DNA from: a virus
IMG/VR virus record: IMGVR_UViG_3300035180_000254
Length of the DNA stretch: 64,000 nt
Reading direction: 5' to 3' (one strand)
This document shows positions 43,189-51,363 of the stretch, piece after piece. The position numbers and the translations under genes were made by a program. The notes under the pieces are model-generated. The model did not search any database, was not told the DNA's origin, and was given only the letters and a program-made list of their open reading frames with translations. The number at the start of each line of letters is the position of its first letter. Position 1 is the stretch's first letter.

Positions 43189-43476
43189 TTACGCAGCGAC
43201 GGGTTCGAGAGCGGCCAACTTGGCGTTGATCTTCTCGGTGCCCTTGGCGGCAGCAGCAGCAGCCTTCTCAGCCTTGGCGGCAGCCAGGGCGTGTGCCTTC
43301 TGGGCCACAGCCACGGCCTTGTCAGCTTCCTTCTTGGCAGCAGCCAGTGCCTTAGCGGCGCTGGCCACGGCTTCGTTGTGGGGCTTCAGAGCTTCCTTCT
43401 GGGCCTTCAGCAGGTCTTGCAGACCCTTCTTGGCGGTCTTGACTTCAGCGGGGGTGAGAGCGGGTTTCTTAGCCAT
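43189..43476 (-). CDS. Lys/Ala-rich helical protein (95 aa), possibly histone-like/DNA-binding
   Basis: ATG at 43476 lies 7 nt after AAGGAG. MAKKPALTPAEVKTAKKGLQDLLKAQKEALK...AAAKAEKAAAAAAKG. Confidence 0.55.
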   Translation of the reverse strand: MAKKPALTPAEVKTAKKGLQDLLKAQKEALKPHNEAVASAAKALAAAKKEADKAVAVAQKAHALAAAKAEKAAAAAAKGTEKINAKLAALEPVAA

Positions 43477-43690
43477 TGAATTTCTCCTTGAGTTGGCTTG
43501 CATACGCAATTTCATTGAGCCGGACGGCCCGTGATATGAGTCGGTTTAGGACGGACTCTCTCCTTTGTGAGCCTGCCTCCAGTTGGAGACAGGCCAGCAC
43601 TTCTTCCTCGGTCAACTTGTCCAGCACGGCGACGAGCGCGCCGTACGAACGAAGCGCCTCAGCGATCTTGTACTTGCTGACTCTGGTCAT
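43469..43690 (-). CDS. hypothetical protein (73 aa)
   Basis: ORF track entry, helical. Confidence 0.5.
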   Translation of the reverse strand: MTRVSKYKIAEALRSYGALVAVLDKLTEEEVLACLQLEAGSQRRESVLNRLISRAVRLNEIAYASQLKEKFNG

Positions 43691-43693
43691 GTT

Positions 43694-44482
43694 TTAGCGG
43701 CGAGCGGGAGCTGCGCGACCCTTGGCACCCTTGGGCTTGGGGGTCTCGTAGCCGGACACGTCGGGTTCCTGATTCAGCAGGGCGCGAGCTTCTTCCTGGC
43801 GACCGAAGTGGACTTCCAGGTCTTCGTTGGGCTTCGCGTCGGTGAAGGTCAGCTTGGGGTAGTCTTCGCCATCGTCGAAGCCCACAGTGACCACAACACC
43901 CACGGGCGGCACTTGGAACGTGCGGCTGGTGCTCTGCACGAAGCCGTCGAAGCTCTTCAGGCCGGTGGGCGACACTTTCAGCAGGTAGATCGGTGCGTCG
44001 GCGTCGGAGCCGGGTTCCACCACAGCCAGCAGGCGGGTGTTGGAGCAGGCCTTGCCCTTGCCCTTGGAGCCGAAGGCGTTCATGGGGCAGCTGGCGCAGT
44101 CGTCGCACTGCTGCTGGGGGCTGTTACCCGAGGGAATCAGCTTGGTCGGGATGGTGCCGATGGCGAAGCATGCCGGAGGCACGATGTTATCCTTGTCGAA
44201 ATCAGCTTCGTAGAACTCGTTGCGAGCCACGAAGTCGATCACGACCATCTCGACGGGGCCGTCGTCTTTACGGCCGTCAGGGAACGCGAACTTCTTGCCG
44301 GCGGTGCGGATGCTGATGCCGGAGGCGGGCGCAGTGCGCTCGTTCATGGCAGCAGCTTGAGCAGCCAGCTGAGCGCGGATGTCGACGACAGCGCCGCTAG
44401 TCTTTTTCAGAGCTACGGCGTTGGTGCCAGCCTTTGCAGACTTGGCGGGTGCAGCGGGCGCTGCCTTTTTTGCGGTGGCCAT
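43694..44482 (-). CDS. putative ssDNA-binding/annealing protein with a Cys cluster
   Basis: 262 aa. PPACF...QQQCDDCASCPMNAFGSKGKGKACSN. K/A-rich termini. Sits in the replication/recombination neighbourhood. The function is inferred. Confidence 0.4.
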   Translation of the reverse strand: MATAKKAAPAAPAKSAKAGTNAVALKKTSGAVVDIRAQLAAQAAAMNERTAPASGISIRTAGKKFAFPDGRKDDGPVEMVVIDFVARNEFYEADFDKDNIVPPACFAIGTIPTKLIPSGNSPQQQCDDCASCPMNAFGSKGKGKACSNTRLLAVVEPGSDADAPIYLLKVSPTGLKSFDGFVQSTSRTFQVPPVGVVVTVGFDDGEDYPKLTFTDAKPNEDLEVHFGRQEEARALLNQEPDVSGYETPKPKGAKGRAAPARR

Positions 44483-44491
44483 GTTGGCTCC

Positions 44492-44902
44492 TTAAGTTGT
44501 GGAACGGAGATTGATGCGCTTCTTGGTGAAGGGGACAACACCAGGAACTTTCTTCCCCTGCTCCAGCAACTCGCGGTAGCTGGGGTCGGAGACACGACGC
44601 TGGAGCAAGTGCCAGAACTTGTTCTTTGCGATGTAGGGGTAGAACGCGTCCCAGTCCTGCACGTCGGCAGTGACAGAGGACGTGATGGACACGGAGGCCT
44701 TGGTGCCGGTGGCCTTTTCCAGGCCTTCCTTGCCCAGGCGCTCCATGAGCTTTTCTTCGATCTCTTTGGCCTTTTCCTCGACCTCTTTGATCTGAGTTTC
44801 CAGGGCGCGCTTCTGTTCGCGGTAGCCCCAGAGCTGGTCGATGGTTGCGCCCACCGCGAGTTCGCGGACCTTGGGCATTGCGGTCTTTGTGGCTGTTGCC
44901 AT
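44492..44902 (-). CDS. hypothetical protein (136 aa)
   Basis: ATG at 44902 lies 6 nt after GGAG. N-terminal coiled coil. Confidence 0.55.
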   Translation of the reverse strand: MATATKTAMPKVRELAVGATIDQLWGYREQKRALETQIKEVEEKAKEIEEKLMERLGKEGLEKATGTKASVSITSSVTADVQDWDAFYPYIAKNKFWHLLQRRVSDPSYRELLEQGKKVPGVVPFTKKRINLRSTT

Positions 44903-44956
44903 ACTTTTCTCCATAGGTGAATTATTACACAATCTTTGACAGATCTGAAAAAGATT

Positions 44957-45727
44957 TCAGACGACGTAGCTCAGGCCAGCACGACCTTCGTACTTGTTGC
45001 GCTCCTTAGGCACGCCGATCTCAGCAAGTTCTTTCTTGACTGCCCCACCTGTCAGGTAAGCAGTCTTGAGGAACACGTCATCGTTCTTCAGAGCCCAGGG
45101 GTTCTCCAGCAGCTGCTTGAACTGCGACTGCTCCAGCGGTCTGCCCTGATGAATGCGGTCACGAAGCATCAGTGCCAGCAGATGCTCATCGTCCCGGCGC
45201 GCGGTTCGGAATGGCGCATGTGCTTGCCGCAACCGCGTCACTGCGTCGCGGTACTCACGGAACGGGCCGAGGAGCTTCCTGATCTCAGCTGCGCGTTTCT
45301 TGTCCAGCACGTACCGTTCATGCCGGTGCACGAGGTCCGTGTCCACCATCCACTTTCCGTTCTTCGGCCGGAACTCCAGCACGCCCTTCTTGGGTACGTA
45401 CCAGTTACCGTCTTGCTCGACGTACATGTCGCCTTTATGACTACGCGCGTTGATTCCGAGCGGCAGATAGCAGCTGGCGAAGTTGATCGTGCTTATGCTG
45501 TCGTAGAAACGGATCGTGATCAAGTCTTTGTACCAAGTCACCACATCAGTCCGGTGGTAACGAAAGTCAAAGACGCCATCCCGGTTACGCACGACCTTGG
45601 TGGTATCACGCTTGTTCTTCAAACCGCGCCAGCCGTCCAGAGAGGACAGCGGTGCATCCTCCCAGACCTTCTTCGCGGCTTCATACGTGTGAGCGTGGGG
45701 GATACCCCGTCCATCAAATGCAAACAT
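44957..45727 (-). CDS. hypothetical protein
   Basis: ATG at 45727 lies 6 nt after GGAG (track start is 45739). 256 aa, coding-like. Confidence 0.6.
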   Translation of the reverse strand: MFAFDGRGIPHAHTYEAAKKVWEDAPLSSLDGWRGLKNKRDTTKVVRNRDGVFDFRYHRTDVVTWYKDLITIRFYDSISTINFASCYLPLGINARSHKGDMYVEQDGNWYVPKKGVLEFRPKNGKWMVDTDLVHRHERYVLDKKRAAEIRKLLGPFREYRDAVTRLRQAHAPFRTARRDDEHLLALMLRDRIHQGRPLEQSQFKQLLENPWALKNDDVFLKTAYLTGGAVKKELAEIGVPKERNKYEGRAGLSYVV

Positions 45728-45820
45728 TGACTTCTCCATGTAGGGTGGACTACTCGCTGCGTCGCCTTAAACGCCAGAGCGTTTAGGCTCTAACGTAGCG
45801 CATCCGCTTTCGTCCGTAAA

Positions 45821-46378
45821 CTATTTGCCGGTAAGGTGTTTCCACGTCTTACCGTTCTTTATGTTTTGGACCGACGACTGAGTCAGCCCATAGGCGTTAG
45901 CAATGACGCGAGTCAGCCTTATGTCGTCGAGAATCGCCATCACTTGCTGTTCGTTGAGCTTGGCCGAAAGATTGGCCTCGCCCTTAGCACCGTATGCACG
46001 GCCTTTTTCTCGGAGGTCGCGCATGTTGTCTTGATGCGTGCCGAGTCGTAGATGCTCAGGATTCACGCACCCTGGGTTGTCGCACTTGTGCAGAACGTGC
46101 ATGCCTCTCGGAATTGGCCCATTGTGCATAACCCATGACCCACGGTGAGCATTTTTCTCGCCGTGGGCGGTCCATATCCCATACCCGCAAGTTACTGTTG
46201 CCCCGATCCATAACCAGCAGTTGGTTATTGAGTCGACCTGGTAACGTTCGCGGAACGGTACTCCGCGCAAGTTCGCTGATTTAAGCGGGTCGCCATATTT
46301 CATAAACGCGCGGTAGTGTTTTTTACAGTACCCGCGACCGACCGACGGCTCGCCGCAAACAGAGCAGGGTGTACGCAT
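45821..46378 (-). CDS. HNH homing endonuclease
   Basis: 185 aa. HKCDNPGCVNPEHLRLGTHQDNMRD HNH core plus a C-terminal HTH-like tail. AAAGGAG SD. Lower GC. Directly downstream of the DNA polymerase. Confidence 0.85.
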   Translation of the reverse strand: MRTPCSVCGEPSVGRGYCKKHYRAFMKYGDPLKSANLRGVPFRERYQVDSITNCWLWIGATVTCGYGIWTAHGEKNAHRGSWVMHNGPIPRGMHVLHKCDNPGCVNPEHLRLGTHQDNMRDLREKGRAYGAKGEANLSAKLNEQQVMAILDDIRLTRVIANAYGLTQSSVQNIKNGKTWKHLTGK

Positions 46379-46396
46379 GTGAACTCCTTTAATGTT

Positions 46397-46436
46397 CCTC
46401 TATTATATAGTAACGATTATTTACTATAGTTAGAGG
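46397..46436 (-). other. AT-rich imperfect hairpin enclosing the polymerase stop codon
   Basis: CCTCTA..TATAGTAA-CGATTAT-TTACTATA..TAGAGG. Confidence 0.3.
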
Positions 46437-49377
46437 CATGCCCTCCTTCGCATGCGAGCGGGATGTCGGGGCACCAGCTGGGCGCTGTGCTCATGACCTT
46501 GGTCATCAGCGCGAAGCACTGCTTGGCCTGAGCGGTCTTGGGCAGCGCCACAGCTTCGTCGTGTGTGGTCATGACGATGCGGTACTTCTTGCGAATCTGC
46601 AGCATCTGCCAGGCCACGATGATTCGCGCCAGGGCCTGCACGATGTTCTCGCACAGCAGCCCGCCGTAAATCTTCTTGCGCATGTCGCCGGACTTGTAGG
46701 ACCACTCGTCCCAGCCCTTGTCACTGACGGCCTTGCGCAGCTCGGGGTACTTGAGCGACATGCCGTTAGGGAGCCAGATGGTCTCCTTCTCCCATGTGAT
46801 CGGGCCATGACGACCGGACCGGCCAGCGGCCATGTCTTCGATGATCTTGGCACAGATGTCCCAGCCGCCTTTGATCTTGTGATTCGTTCGGCGGTACGTG
46901 TTCACGATCTGCACGCAGCGGTCCAGCTCGAAGAAGATCGGCGGGCCACCGAGGGCACCCTTGGCCAGGGTCATCTGGAACTTCGGTGCGCCCATCTGGA
47001 AACCAAGTCCGAGAACGCAGTTATGAACGATGACCGGGCCGTCATCAGACATGACTGTGAAACAATGGTTAGGCCCTGCGTTTGCGAGATCGTAAGTTTG
47101 CGTTGTCTGCTTCGAGATCACGAATGCGTTGTTCGAGGTCTTCGATTCGTCGCTTGTTTCCGGTGTTGACAGACTTAGTGGCGAATCTGACGTTGCCTGG
47201 GCAGTACCCGCTGTTGTTGTCGATTCGATCAAACTCAAGCTCAGGTACATCCCATCCAGGTAATGTCTGGACATACCGCAGAAACTCTGCTCCGTCGTTG
47301 CACCAGCCAGGATGAACTGCGATGCCGCGTCGCCCATAGTGCTTATACGAGGCATTGTTCGGGTTACTACAGCGCGCAATTGCTGATGACAAGCGGTTAA
47401 GCAGGCGAGTGCGATGCTCGTCATTCGGCATAGCATCCCTGTAGACCCAGTAGCGTTTTGCGCTTGCCGCAATTTTTGCGCAAGCGTTGCATCGCGTAGA
47501 GCGTCCTGCCTTAAGGCTGCTGACATAGACCATAGACTCGGCCCCGCAAGAGCACTGGCAGACAGGGCGATACCCCCACGGCTTGCCGTCTTTTGACGTG
47601 TAATGCTCCCACCGTACGACGGTAAGTTCGCCGAACTTAGTGCCGACCGGAAAAGGGAACGGTCGGTAAGGACCTCTTGCCACTCCAGCCACCCACGTTC
47701 CGTCAGGATTTCGTGGTCCGGCGTGGCGGATATTCCCCGGTATGACAGGGTCGTCCTCACTCCTTGCTTTACTAGCCCATCGTGCGTTACCCATGATTTT
47801 CCATCCCATAGCAAATCGTTAGATCGTATTTGGGGTATAGACTTAAGACCATGGTTTGTCAATACGATGGTGTCTGGTCCGAGGCAGACCTTGCCCACGA
47901 AGCGTTCGGTCTTGTCTTCCTTGGTGATCGGCCGGCCGTAGATCAGCGTGGCGAAGTTGCAGTAGGCGTCGCTACCGGTGCCAGCGTCAGCCGCACGGAA
48001 CGCAGCCATGAGGTCATCCTGACCCCACAGCCAGCCGTTCACGCGGGCTTCGATCTGGCCGCTGTCCACCACGCACATCTGGTAGCCCTTGGGTGCCAGG
48101 ATGGACAGGCGCAGCTCACCACCACGGGTGAGGTTCTGCATGTTCATCTTGTTGTTGCCGCCCCACCGGCCCGTGTGAGCGCGGTAGTAGGCATAGCCCA
48201 CCGGCAGACTCATGCCGTTGGCACCAGCCTTCAGGAAGCGTTCTGCGCGCGTAATATTCGTCGTGCTTTTAACCGCAAGACGAGCATCGACCAGCGAGCG
48301 GATACGATCTTGCTTCGCCGAAATCTTAGGTATGTCCTTGACTTTGTTCGGGTCAAGCGCACCGCGCCAGAGGTCAATGTTCTCGGGGAGCGACGTGAAC
48401 TCGGCGTCATCCTTTGCGAACGCGTACGACCATTTATCCTCTTCAGCGACAAGGGCCTTCTCCTCTTTGCTCAGCTTGATATACGCCTTGCTGGGCTTCA
48501 TGGGCGGGTCGATGCCCTCGGCCCGCAGCAAGTCAGCGAACTTCTCGTTGGAGCCGATGACGCGCTTGATGATCAGCATGTCACGCTCCTCACCGGTCAG
48601 CGCGCGCTCAGCCGTAGTCTTGAGCACGGTTTTGTCGGCGTAGTAGGGCTTGGGGTCCAGCACTGCATAGAACTTGCGCTTGCGTTCGGCCACCTCGCGC
48701 TCGTACTCTTTCTGCACGCGCGGGATGTCCACCTTCAGCACCGGGTCGCAGAACATGCGGATGGTCATGTCCACCAGGTCCAGCTCGTCGGCAGGGAACT
48801 TGGCGTGCATCTCCTTGAAGATGGCGTGCGTCAGGTCCACGTCTTGGGCGCAGTAGGGCGTCACCGCCTTGACCAGCTTCTGATCCCAGTCGCCCACGCC
48901 CTTAGTGGTCTCCAGCACGCCGTCGAGCTTGGAGCCCTTGCCGTAGAACTGGGCCACCTCGTCCAGGCTCGCACCAATTTCATTGCTGTGCAGGCCACGG
49001 GCCATGCTCAGCGTGTCGTAGTACTGGAACGGGACGATCTTGTAGACGTGCGAGAGGATGAAGCCGTCGAAGGCCGTGTTGTGGCAGAGCAGGCTGTGCG
49101 TGGCCCAGTTAATGCTCTGCAACGCGGCCATGATGCGTAGCTGCCCGGTGTACACCTTGGTCGGTTTGTTGCCGATCTTGATGCCCACCATCTGTGCCTT
49201 GAAGCGCTTATCACGTACGTACTCAGACGTGCTGAGTTTGGACAGGGTGTAGTCGCTATCCCAATAGCTTTCGAAGTCAATAGTTACGAGGCGGTTCCAG
49301 TCAACGATCCCAGGCGTGATGTCCGGGCGGTTAATGATCACCTGTGCCTTGCGGCGTATTGCGTCTCCCCATCCCAT
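46417..49377 (-). CDS. family A DNA polymerase with 3'-5' exonuclease domain, interrupted by an intein
   Basis: Exo motifs TIDFES, HNTAFDGF, YCAQDVDL. Pol motif A VVDSGQIEARV, motif B split as RFVGKV|intein|CVLGLGFQMG, motif C MTTHDE. Start set to the ATG at 49377 (TGATG overlap, GGAGG SD). Confidence 0.9.
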   Translation of the reverse strand: MGWGDAIRRKAQVIINRPDITPGIVDWNRLVTIDFESYWDSDYTLSKLSTSEYVRDKRFKAQMVGIKIGNKPTKVYTGQLRIMAALQSINWATHSLLCHNTAFDGFILSHVYKIVPFQYYDTLSMARGLHSNEIGASLDEVAQFYGKGSKLDGVLETTKGVGDWDQKLVKAVTPYCAQDVDLTHAIFKEMHAKFPADELDLVDMTIRMFCDPVLKVDIPRVQKEYEREVAERKRKFYAVLDPKPYYADKTVLKTTAERALTGEERDMLIIKRVIGSNEKFADLLRAEGIDPPMKPSKAYIKLSKEEKALVAEEDKWSYAFAKDDAEFTSLPENIDLWRGALDPNKVKDIPKISAKQDRIRSLVDARLAVKSTTNITRAERFLKAGANGMSLPVGYAYYRAHTGRWGGNNKMNMQNLTRGGELRLSILAPKGYQMCVVDSGQIEARVNGWLWGQDDLMAAFRAADAGTGSDAYCNFATLIYGRPITKEDKTERFVGKVCLGPDTIVLTNHGLKSIPQIRSNDLLWDGKSWVTHDGLVKQGVRTTLSYRGISATPDHEILTERGWLEWQEVLTDRSLFRSALSSANLPSYGGSITRQKTASRGGIALSASALAGPSLWSMSAALRQDALRDATLAQKLRQAQNATGSTGMLCRMTSIALACLTACHQQLRAVVTRTMPRISTMGDAASQFILAGATTEQSFCGMSRHYLDGMYLSLSLIESTTTAGTAQATSDSPLSLSTPETSDESKTSNNAFVISKQTTQTYDLANAGPNHCFTVMSDDGPVIVHNCVLGLGFQMGAPKFQMTLAKGALGGPPIFFELDRCVQIVNTYRRTNHKIKGGWDICAKIIEDMAAGRSGRHGPITWEKETIWLPNGMSLKYPELRKAVSDKGWDEWSYKSGDMRKKIYGGLLCENIVQALARIIVAWQMLQIRKKYRIVMTTHDEAVALPKTAQAKQCFALMTKVMSTAPSWCPDIPLACEGGHASNYSK
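47020..47886 (-). mobile_element. intein (289 aa) in polymerase motif B
   Basis: Starts CLGPDTIVL (block A). ATPDHEILT (block B). Ends YDLANAGPNHCFTVMSDDGPVIVHN followed by +1 Cys. The central 190 aa in this frame is low-complexity. Confidence 0.85.
47069..47809 (-). CDS. HNH-type homing endonuclease ORF nested out of frame inside the intein
   Basis: 246 codons on the same strand in a different frame. Residues about 55-230 are paralogous to 39064..39675 (GELTVV, CQCSCG, RCNAC, RCSNPNNASYKHYGRRGIAVHPGW, FDRIDNNSGYCPGN). Lower GC. In-frame GTGs at 47692 and 47683. Confidence 0.65.
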   Translation of the reverse strand: MGWKIMGNARWASKARSEDDPVIPGNIRHAGPRNPDGTWVAGVARGPYRPFPFPVGTKFGELTVVRWEHYTSKDGKPWGYRPVCQCSCGAESMVYVSSLKAGRSTRCNACAKIAASAKRYWVYRDAMPNDEHRTRLLNRLSSAIARCSNPNNASYKHYGRRGIAVHPGWCNDGAEFLRYVQTLPGWDVPELEFDRIDNNSGYCPGNVRFATKSVNTGNKRRIEDLEQRIRDLEADNANLRSRKRRA

Positions 49378-49577
49378 CAGTTGTCCTCCGGCATGCGCGG
49401 GCAGGGTGCCCAGTGAGTCCAGTAGCGGGACTTGCCGTCCCACTGACTGTAGACAGCCACACCGCCAATACCCAGGAGCTGCAGCTTCACGCCGCGCGGT
49501 GTGTCAAGGCCGATCTTTTGCCAGTAGTAGTCTGTTGACACAGCGACCGTCTGGTCCTTGTTGAGGGTGTGGCTCAT
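49377..49577 (-). CDS. hypothetical protein (66 aa)
   Basis: ORF track entry. Overlapping stop/start junctions on both sides. Confidence 0.5.
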   Translation of the reverse strand: MSHTLNKDQTVAVSTDYYWQKIGLDTPRGVKLQLLGIGGVAVYSQWDGKSRYWTHWAPCPRMPEDN

Positions 49578-49723
49578 GCGAACGCCCTTGCACCGGCGAG
49601 GCGGAATGCTTCAACCGACACGCGCACGTCGAAGCCGTCCCAGTTATGAACTTTCACGATAGCTTCCTGAGCACGACCGGTGTAGTTGGCCATGTGGTCG
49701 CCTTGAATCAGAACGAGTTTCAT
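49574..49723 (-). CDS. hypothetical small protein (49 aa)
   Basis: ATG at 49723 follows GGAG. MKLVLIQGDHMANYTGRAQEAIVKVHNWDGFDVRVSVEAFRLAGARAFA. ATGA overlap downstream. Below the track size cutoff. Confidence 0.4.
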   Translation of the reverse strand: MKLVLIQGDHMANYTGRAQEAIVKVHNWDGFDVRVSVEAFRLAGARAFA

Positions 49724-49733
49724 ACGATCTCCG

Positions 49734-51272
49734 TTAGAGTAAAGAGAATAGGTCGAGTAGATTGCTCATGCGGGCATTCTTCTCATTCAAGATGTCCCAC
49801 ACCAGCTCTTCGCGCGTGTCTTTGGCCGTGACCACGATGTTCTCGGTCTTCTGCGTCTGACCCATGCGGGCCTGACGCTTGGAGCCTTGCTTGAACACCT
49901 CCAGGTCATAGGTCGGGCCAGACCAGATGGTGGCCGTGCCCTTGGTCAGCGTGAGGCCGTGCGCTGCGCTCTTGGGGTGAGCGAACAGGGTCTGGTAGGC
50001 ACCGGCCTGGTAGCACTTCACGATGGCCTCGCGCTCAGAGTCCTTCACGCTGCCGTCGATCAGAGCGAACGTGACGCCGCGCTTTTCAGCCTCGGCAATC
50101 AGGAGGTCGCGTTGGTGCTTCCAATAGAAGAAGCACAGGCTGTGCTTGCGCGCTTCGATCAGGTCCAAGATCATCTCGTAGCGGCCAGTGTCGATCAGGT
50201 GGTACTTGTTCTCGGACTCGTACACAGCGCCCGAGGCAACCTGGAGCAGCTTCTGGGCCAGGACACCGGCGTGCTGGGCAGTGATAGCTGCCTTGGGCAT
50301 TAGCTTTTTGCTGCGCACGCGGGCCGTAGCGCGCTCTTCCATGGTGCCGTAAATCTGCAACATGCAGGTCTCCAGCATCTCGTCGTATGCCTTGCGATGC
50401 GCGCGGCCCAGTTCGTAAGGGATGCTGTACTGATGGGTCTCAGGGATGTCCACACAGTCCTCGAACTTGTGCCGGATGGTGATGTCGCTGAGCAGGCCGA
50501 ACACGGCTTCCTCGGCGCCACCCTTGTCCGACCAGTTGATGGCGTTGGCGTTCATACCGACCTGCTTAGGCGTACACACTGTGTTGCGGAACGCATAGAA
50601 GCTCGGGCCGAGACGCTTGCCGCCGTCCAGGAGCAGTACCTGATGCCAGACATCCGTGATGCTGTTGCTGTTGGGCGTGCCCGTCATGCAGCAGCGGTAG
50701 TGGAAGAACTTGCTGATCTTGGCGGCAGCACGTGAGCGCTGGGAAGCGTGGTGCTTGTAGGCGGTGGACTCGTCCACGACCAATTCGGAGAAGCGCGCGA
50801 AGAAGCCCTTAGGCTGCTTGGCGAGCCACTTCACCGCGTCGATGTTGGTGACGTAGACATCAGCGTCCTGCTTGAACACTTCTTCGTGTTTGCCTGCCGT
50901 GCTTACTGCCACCGTGAGCTGGGGTGCGAACTTCTTGATGTCGTTGAGCCATACCGACCTCAGCAGTGATTTCGGCGCGAGTACTAGCATAGAGCGCCCA
51001 GGCGTCGTAGAAGTCGTCGTGGTTCGTTTTGTACCGCGACGACTCGTCCCGGACGATGCGGCCCGTAGTCGTGTCGCAAACGCCATGATCCGCACATACG
51101 TCTTGCCCGTCCCAGGGTCGCTGCAGTCGAAGACTATGTCGGTCTTCTCATTGTGCTTGAGCGACTTGACCTGATGCGCGAAGGGCTTGATTACGGCGGG
51201 CGTTGATTTCGTTTTTTTGACCTGCTTCGTAGTACCGCGCAAGGCTGAGTGCGGAGAGGCTAATGCGACCAC
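49734..51272 (-). CDS. SNF2-family helicase
   Basis: 512 aa. DPGTGKTY (motif I), VVDESTAYKH (motif II), C-terminal helicase-domain motifs. GTG start follows AAGGA. Has an odd S/T/R-rich insert after motif I. Confidence 0.85.
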   Translation of the reverse strand: MVALASPHSALRGTTKQVKKTKSTPAVIKPFAHQVKSLKHNEKTDIVFDCSDPGTGKTYVRIMAFATRLRAASSGTSRRGTKRTTTTSTTPGRSMLVLAPKSLLRSVWLNDIKKFAPQLTVAVSTAGKHEEVFKQDADVYVTNIDAVKWLAKQPKGFFARFSELVVDESTAYKHHASQRSRAAAKISKFFHYRCCMTGTPNSNSITDVWHQVLLLDGGKRLGPSFYAFRNTVCTPKQVGMNANAINWSDKGGAEEAVFGLLSDITIRHKFEDCVDIPETHQYSIPYELGRAHRKAYDEMLETCMLQIYGTMEERATARVRSKKLMPKAAITAQHAGVLAQKLLQVASGAVYESENKYHLIDTGRYEMILDLIEARKHSLCFFYWKHQRDLLIAEAEKRGVTFALIDGSVKDSEREAIVKCYQAGAYQTLFAHPKSAAHGLTLTKGTATIWSGPTYDLEVFKQGSKRQARMGQTQKTENIVVTAKDTREELVWDILNEKNARMSNLLDLFSLL

Positions 51273-51363
51273 GGAGTCGTTCCTTTACTTGATGTTTGAG
51301 AATTCGTTCGCCCCACTTCTTGAGCAGGTAGCGCTCGTGTGAGCGCCGCTGAGATGCGTTCAT
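51148..51363 (-). CDS. possible small ORF overlapping the helicase 5' end
   Basis: 71 aa. ATG directly follows the upstream stop codon (TAG then ATG). The last 125 nt overlap the helicase frame. Confidence 0.3.
   Translation of the reverse strand: MNASQRRSHERYLLKKWGERILKHQVKERLRGRISLSALSLARYYEAGQKNEINARRNQALRASGQVAQAQ

Noticed and set aside
51212-51218. A AAA AAC heptamer (run of seven A on the minus strand) as a programmed -1 frameshift joining the 71-aa ORF to the SNF2 helicase
   Set aside because: A -1 slip from the 71-aa frame lands in the third frame. The helicase frame is +1 relative to the 71-aa frame.
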